From NCBI GenBank assembly GCA_951406725.2, contig OX597815.1:177444001-177508000 (forward strand): a stretch of 64,000 bases of DNA, read 5' to 3'. The DNA is from Octopus vulgaris (Eukaryota). The first letter of the stretch is position 1. Each line of letters begins with the position of its first letter. A program made the position numbers and the translations under genes. Below are positions 57,550-64,000 of this stretch, piece by piece. The notes below the pieces were generated by a model, which had not been told where the DNA came from, did not search any database, and saw nothing but the letters and a program-made list of their open reading frames with translations.

Positions 57550-57913
57550 ATAATAAATATTAGGGAATAAATCCAAATTTACAGGGAAAAATCAGATTTA
57601 GGATTGAATCCAATTTTATAGTAAAATATTATATTATATTAAATTAGAGACAAAACCACTATTATGCAAATCAAACAAAGAAAGACTTAAGCCAATGCAT
57701 AAAATTATTTATATAAATTAAATTTAATTAAAATAACCACTACTATCGTTTCGTGTCAGCACTTCTATGAGACATTCTTCAGGTGGTTTCAAAACCTTCT
57801 TTGCAAGTTTTAAACTATGAAATTAAATTTAATTTATATAAATTATTTTATGTATTGGCTTAAGTTTTTCTTTGTTTGATTTGCATAATAGTGGTTTTGT
57901 CTCTAATTTAATG

Positions 57914-57920
<7 letters not shown>
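57550..57920 (-). mobile_element. fold-back element: ~100-bp inverted repeats around a hammerhead
   Basis: Arms 57631-57729 and 57821-57919 are near-perfect reverse complements. Confidence 0.8.
57735..57788 (-). ncRNA. type I hammerhead ribozyme motif
   Basis: AACCAC-CUGAAGA-A-UGUC..GACA-C-GAAA-C(GAUA)G-UA-GUGGUU. Confidence 0.8.
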
Positions 57921-57967
<47 letters not shown>

Positions 57968-57994
57968 ACAAAAAAGATATATACATACTTACAG

Positions 57995-58303
57995 AGATTT
58001 TGTTGGATGGGCGTTGACTGTTCAGGAGTTCATCCATCCTTTGACAGGTCATATTTTTTCATCCTGCAGTGTGTCCAACAACACCCTCCTCACCAACCAA
58101 GCCTCATGGTGCTGCCAGTTTAGTCGCTGGCGACCCGACCATGTTGCAGGTGGTTACTGGGTTAAATTTTACCAGTAGCACTCAAGAACGATCTGTGGAA
58201 GTCTTTCCAGAACTTTGGTTTAAAAAACCACATCATACGCCATGATGGTGCTAAGGTTTAGGTACAGGAGGTGGTCAAACTCTGTATAAGGAATAGAGAA
58301 CCA

Positions 58304-58306
<3 letters not shown>
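57995..58306. mobile_element. unclassified GC-richer repeat fragment between (TA)n tracts (possibly a LINE 5' region)
   Basis: Composition jump bounded by TA runs. No diagnostic ORF. Confidence 0.35.
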
Positions 58307-58349
<43 letters not shown>

Positions 58350-58497
58350 TGATATTTCGCAGAGGTATAGAGTGACTAATAGTTTGGTGTAGAACTCAAT
58401 ACATGACCCAGAGCAGAATGTTATATGAGTATAGATTGGTTATAGAAAACAGCAAGTTGACTTCGTAAATTGCAAATGTTGCGTAATGAACTTTATT

Positions 58498-58578
58498 AGC
58501 TTACATCTGTTTCTCCAATAAGATGCGGTGTACTCTTTGCTGAGTACCAGGATAACATCCCATAGCTTCATCAGAGCC
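58498..58578 (-). ncRNA. degenerate type I hammerhead with long helix II
   Basis: GGCU-CUGAUGA-AG-CUAUGGGAUG..GUACUC/GAGUAC..CAUCUUAUUGG-A-GAAA-C(AGAU)G-UA-AGCU. Confidence 0.55.
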
Positions 58579-58800
58579 TTCAATCTGATGTGCACCTTAT
58601 TCTGGTAAGTTACTGTTTCCCAATATACAGGCGTTATAATATGTCAAAATTTATATTGATGGCTTATGTGGATAACCATGCACATAAAATGTCTCACTCA
58701 CAACCCCTGTAAGTCTTGAAAATGTAACTTTGTCAAATAAAGTGCACTTCATATTCAAGGCTCTGGTAAAGTGAAAGGAAGTTATCGTCATACTCAACAA

Positions 58801-59275
58801 AGTGGTACAACAAAGCACCAACATTTACTGAAAATGGCAGTCGATAATTTACGACGCTAGAGTAAAGCTTCACTGCGTATATACTGGCAAAGACGTGTGA
58901 GTGCAACAGACATGACAAATTTTGACTTACCTCCGGGAAGAACATTCGATAAATAGACAACCCAGGATCTGATAATCCAGTACCTCAGTTTCGGACACTT
59001 CAAATACGTTTGTTAACGAAAAATCGATTAGTCTTCATCAGCTGGATTTATCTGGATAATACTTCAAATATTCCTACATCAATGCCAGTATACTCGCCTG
59101 AACGCTTAGCCGTTAAAAGAAACGAGAACAGTGAAAAGGTGTTCAAAGAAAAACAAAATATTGCAATATAAATGGATTACTTTCCAGTAAAATAAAGCAC
59201 AGTAAAGCTTTACTATAGCGTCGTAAATGCATCGACTGCTATTTCCAGGAAACATCGGTGCCTTGTTGTACCACT
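58801..59275 (-). mobile_element. second fold-back element: ~75-90-bp imperfect inverted repeats around a hammerhead
   Basis: GTGGTACAACAAAGCACC..GCAGTCGAT..TTTACGACGCTAGAGTAAAGCTT versus reverse complement of 59200-59275. Confidence 0.75.
58974..59048 (-). ncRNA. type I hammerhead ribozyme motif
   Basis: AAUCCAG-CUGAUGA-A-GAC..GUC-C-GAAA-C(UGAG)G-UA-CUGGAUU. 7-bp helix I. Confidence 0.8.
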
Positions 59276-59331
59276 ACTCTATATTTGTACTTCTACCTTT
59301 GTACCACTACTCTATATTTGTACTTCTACCT
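59266..59331. repeat. perfect 33-bp tandem duplication
   Basis: TTGTACCACTACTCTATATTTGTACTTCTACCT x2. Confidence 0.95.
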
Positions 59332-59392
59332 TGTGGTGCTTGATTTTACAGCAAATTAATACATTTGTATTGCAATATAAATATATATATAT

Positions 59393-59941
59393 AGCAATAA
59401 TAAATCTCTGAACGAGATGTAAACAGTAAGCGCGCTCGACAATGCAACGTATACTAGCCATCTCAATATGGCTAACCACTATAGGTGGGTGTTACTGTAG
59501 CTTTTTAGCCCCAGGAGATCATCGTCTCCAGCTGGCTTTAGACATAATTTCTGTGCCCTTATGATATTTGCAAAGGGAGGTCATCCCCTCTCGTAAACCT
59601 AAGTGATATGCATGGACTGCAGTTTCGAGATTATTGTCTCTTGTCAGCACACGGTAATCACCGGTTTTCGGTGAGGAGAGACCTGTTTGCGAATATCTAT
59701 TTAATGTTTTTCCCAGTAACCACTGTCACTGATTTCGAAACACGGTCTGAAAGCAATAATAAATCTCTGAACGAGATGTAAACAGTAAGCGCTCGACAAC
59801 GTAAAGTATACTAGCCATCTCAATATGGCTAACCACTAGGGGTGGGTGTTACTGTAGCTTTTTAGCCCCAGGAGATCATAGTCTCCAGCTGGCTTTAGAC
59901 ACAATTTCTGTGCCCTTATGATATTTCCAAAGGGAGGTCAT
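59393..59941 (-). mobile_element. retrozyme-like tandem element, 359-bp unit (~1.5 copies)
   Basis: Direct repeats starting 59393 and 59752, central HHR, homologous to 2007-2468. Confidence 0.78.
59610..59652 (-). ncRNA. type I hammerhead motif with G8A core mutation
   Basis: GUGUG-CUGACAA-GAGA(CAAUAA)UCUC-GAAA-C(UGCA)G-UC-CAUGC. Confidence 0.75.
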
Positions 59942-59976
59942 ATATTTGTATATATATATGTATATATATGTATATA

Positions 59977-61102
59977 GGAGTCAGGCGGTAGTGGTTAGTG
60001 GAGCCACCTCTATGAACACACAAATGGTGAGCGGTGTTCCACAGGGCACTGTCTTGGGACCACTGCTTTTTATAGTGGCCCTCTCAGATATGCCCTCAAC
60101 TGCCCGGATAGCCACTCTGGCCAGCTATGCAGACGATACGAAAGTCTCGCAGAAAATACAGAACCCCAGCGATGTTGCACACCTGCAGCAGGAGTTGGAC
60201 TCAATCTACAGATGGGCTGAGGATAATAATATGCAGTTTAATGCTGAAAATGTCCAGGCCCTGCGCTACCAGCATCCAAAACTGAATATTAAACTTACAG
60301 GATACACCGGTCCACAGGGAAATTCAATCCCAGAGCCTAAGTCTGTGAGGGACCTGGGTATCGACATGAGTGATGATGCCTCTTTCCAAGTGCACATTAC
60401 TAGGATGGTAACAAAATGCAGACGACTGGCTGGGTGGATCCTGAGAACATTCAGAACCAGAGATAAGGAAACCATGATGGTCCTCTGGCTGACATTCGTC
60501 CTCAGTCGCCTGGATTACTGCTCACAGCTATGGTCACCCACCAGTATAAAATTAACAGCGGACCTTGAAGCAATCCAGAGAAGATTCACAAAGAAGATCG
60601 TCTCTTTGCGACAGCTCAGTTACTGCGAAAGGATGAAACAGCTAAGACTCTACTCCCTGGAGAGAAGACGGGAGAGGTATGCAGTGATATATGTCTGGAA
60701 GATCCTGGAAGGAATTGTGCCAAATTTTGGCATTGTAAGCTACACCAATGCTAGAACGGGACGACACTGCATAACGCCAAAGATGCCAGCAATGCCATCA
60801 CGCTTCAGGACCGGCTTCTGCAACAGCCTGGGTTTCAAGGGCTCACAGCTTTTTAATATTCTCCCAAAAAGTCTGAGGAACTTGCACAAAGTAGATGTAG
60901 CGGTTTTTAAATCAAAGCTGGACACCTTCCTGTCAAGAGTCACAGATTAACCTACCTCACGACAAGAGGTGCAAATGAGAGTAGCTGTATCAAACTCCAT
61001 TCTTCACCAAGTGCCACATATTAGACGAGGTTCGTCGTAATAACAGTGTAGCACAAAACGACGGTGCATCAGCATGGCTGCAGCTCTGAGCTGAAACTAG
61101 AG

Positions 61103-61132
<30 letters not shown>
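59977..61132 (+). mobile_element. 5'-truncated CR1-like LINE (RT C-terminal half, 3' UTR, poly-A) within (TA)n
   Basis: GVPQGTVLGPLLF, YADDTK, VRDLG, RLDYCSQLWSP, LYSLERRRER. A-tail at 61103-61132. Confidence 0.92.
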
Positions 61133-61403
<271 letters not shown>

Positions 61404-62234
61404 TCATACACCCATATTTATACCTGTGAGGAGAATGATAATACGATTGCGGTGTGACTGATGTGCAAATATGTAAAATGCCAATATGTGAAAATGTGAG
61501 AGAATATCGAGGTTGATGAATGTACAAAGTTAATGCAAAATTGAAATCTACAGAAAGAAGGAAAAACATATCAAAGAAAAATTCTCTTGTATAATTAACA
61601 AGAAGATAAACTTGAAACATATCTCAACATTTGAGAAAGAGGACACGCTGAAGTTCTACCTGTTGTATCCATGTGAAACCAATATTTGTAGAATGTGTAG
61701 ATGTAGGTTTCAACAAGTTACATTCATGTTTCGGATAACCTGATAACCCACATTTGGTTCCTAAATAAAATGTAGTCGGAAGTGTTTTTGTTTATACAAT
61801 TTTATTTCAAATGCGATCTGAATTCATTTTGCCTGAAATCAAATACCTTTGTACAAATTAATTGAAATTTTTCCTGTGGCAGTCTAAAAGAAAAGTCAAG
61901 TTCACACTCTAGTCTGCAGAACGTGTTAAGAATAGCTGTACATATCATTACTTAAAAGAATGAATATGCTGATAGACGCAAATGTTGAATCTCTTTTCAA
62001 TTATTGTTGTTTAATATACAACTACACTGCTCTTGGTCATGTGTACCATGATACAATAAACGAATGCTTTCGAAAGGCAATTGTTATTGAAATGAAATAT
62101 TCTGCGTGTAATGCGATTTCACTCACAAGTGGAATAAAGTTTTAGAGTTTATTCCGACTAAATGATCTAAATGCAAAAGCAAAAGTTTTACAACAAGAAT
62201 GGTTAAATTTGACTCAATCATTGTGCAAAACCGC

Positions 62235-62273
<39 letters not shown>

Positions 62274-62334
62274 TGTGACTTCTTGGAGTGTAAAAACAAA
62301 TCACGTATCGGAATCATTAGACGATCTCTCATCG

Positions 62335-62680
62335 TTTACATATTTCAGTATTTAGACTGCGGCCATGCTGGTGTACAAGATTCAAGAGTTTAATAGAACA
62401 AATCCACCTCAGTCTTGTTAAACGTGGATGTTATTAAATTGCTTTCTTTTACCGAACGGCTAATTTCCAAAAGCTTAATACAACACTGGTCGCCATGCGA
62501 AGGACGACATGCACAAACACAGAAGTACGTATATATATATATATATATACATGATATGATTCCATCAGGTTTTCGTGTACGAAATTCTCTCACAAGATAC
62601 TGATCACCACAGCACTCTAGTATAAACAAGATGCCGCGCGGTGAGGCTGAACCCAACGCCGCATATTTACAAAGCAAGCA
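62335..62680 (-). mobile_element. degenerate SINE family B
   Basis: GACTGCGGCCATGCTGG tail motif, CAAGATGCCGCGCGGTGAGGCTGAACCC head motif. Confidence 0.65.
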
Positions 62681-62912
62681 TGGATGACTTGTATGTATGT
62701 GGTATTTCCTTATGCCACCATAATATACTGCAACGCAACCTAAATGTCTTTTCTTTTATAAGCCCATATCACGTTCTACTGCGTTAGCAGTGCTATATAC
62801 TTTATTTTGTTAAGCTTTTTTTTTATCTACATTATGTTAAGGTTATTTCTACAGAATATTATAAAGTAAGCTTCTTAATCACATCGGTGCCTGTTATTTG
62901 TTCTTATATTGA

Positions 62913-63128
62913 TATTGGTTTCAAATGTTGGCGCAGCGACATCAGTTTCGGGGGAGAGGCTAAATCGATTACATCGACCCCAGTGCTCAACTGGTACACA
63001 TCTTATTGACTCTGATTGGATGAAAGGCAAACGGGACGTCGGCGGAATTCGAGCTTTGGGCATAAAGACGGACAAGATGCTGTTAAGCATTGTGTCCGAC
63101 AGGCCAACGATTTTGGCAGCTCGCCGCC
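62913..63128 (-). mobile_element. degenerate SINE family A
   Basis: TCGATTACATCGACCCCAGTG..GGATGAAAGGCAAA..CAGCTCGCCGCC. Confidence 0.8.
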
Positions 63129-64000
63129 TTAATATCAATTCTTATACTGATATTAAAGATTGAATTACCTCAGTTATTTCTGGACCAAACCTTCTGCTTT
63201 AATCTAGTGTGATATTGAAAACCATCTCACTCGCCGCCATACGGAGAGTATTATAATAATAAAAATAGGTCTATTGAAGGAGTGTTCATCAGAAAGCAAT
63301 GCAGAAGATATTATATTAATATTTAGAATTAAATTTGGTAGAATTATTGGCAGGTCATGGTAATGGCTGCCTATATCAAATAATAAATCACTAGCTTGTC
63401 TTCGACCACAGAATTTCTTTGAATCAAATTTGAAAGTGATATCGAAAAGATTCAATATACGGACAATATTATCAACGTCCTTTCTTAAAACGGTATCACT
63501 AAAATATTTATTAATCTTTCTAATTTATAAACTATTTATGTTTCAGGAGAATGATGTCGTCATCTGTGTGATTGCCTCCTGTTGTTATCGAAACTTTTAA
63601 TCGAACTCTCTGAATTATAAAATCTCTTTTTTTGAATTTTGGAAAAATCGACCCCATTTCCCTACCAAGAACGACATCAAACAATTCGCCTCTGCTATAT
63701 AAAAAGGAGGGATTGCTTTATGGAGCGATACAAGATTAACATCGAGCAATGTAAAGGGAAAATATCATTTCCTCTAACGCTGCTGACGAAATATTCCCAT
63801 AAAATATGGCTTGTAACAGTTATGAATATATATACAGACACATATTAATACACGCACAGACACACACAGACATATTAATACATGTATGTGGACAAGTGTA
63901 TGTATACGTACGACACAACGCATGCACATATGTATGGATATTTATATATATATATATGCATATGCATGTACATGCATATGATGTATATATGTATATATAT

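Noticed and set aside
58260-58306. GGUGGUU/GACCACC helix suggesting an HDV-like ribozyme
   Set aside because: Could not build P1.1, P2, P3 or P4. It looks like a simple hairpin.
58505-58601. Possible - strand exon ending at GTAAG
   Set aside because: Weak acceptor. The GUA is better explained as the cleavage triplet of the overlapping hammerhead motif.

Overview
AT-rich, microsatellite-laden eukaryotic DNA. The SINE families and repeat landscape suggest an octopus or other cephalopod (inference). There are no prokaryotic features, CRISPR arrays or genuine rRNA/tRNA genes, and most listed ORFs are microsatellite or antisense artefacts. The window is dominated by mobile elements: a near-intact CR1/L2-like ORF2 (APE+RT, 53228-56236, -), a 5'-truncated CR1-like copy, two Tx1/L1-like copies, three R4-type (RLE) remnants, three mariner remnants, probable Penelope-like and Gypsy remnants, and many copies of two tRNA-derived SINE families. 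The main hidden signal is at least 8 type-I hammerhead-ribozyme (HHR) motifs, almost all on the - strand. They occur in (i) a ~360-nt tandem retrozyme-like family at two loci (2.0-2.5 kb, 59.4-59.9 kb) with covarying stems and (ii) small fold-back elements in which ~75-100-bp inverted repeats enclose an HHR (57.6-57.9 kb, 58.8-59.3 kb). Each SINE family also shares its 3' tail with a LINE in this window (Tx1-like and CR1-like). A few splice-flanked open exon candidates suggest an unidentified host gene on the - strand. All folds and alignments were done by eye and need computational confirmation.
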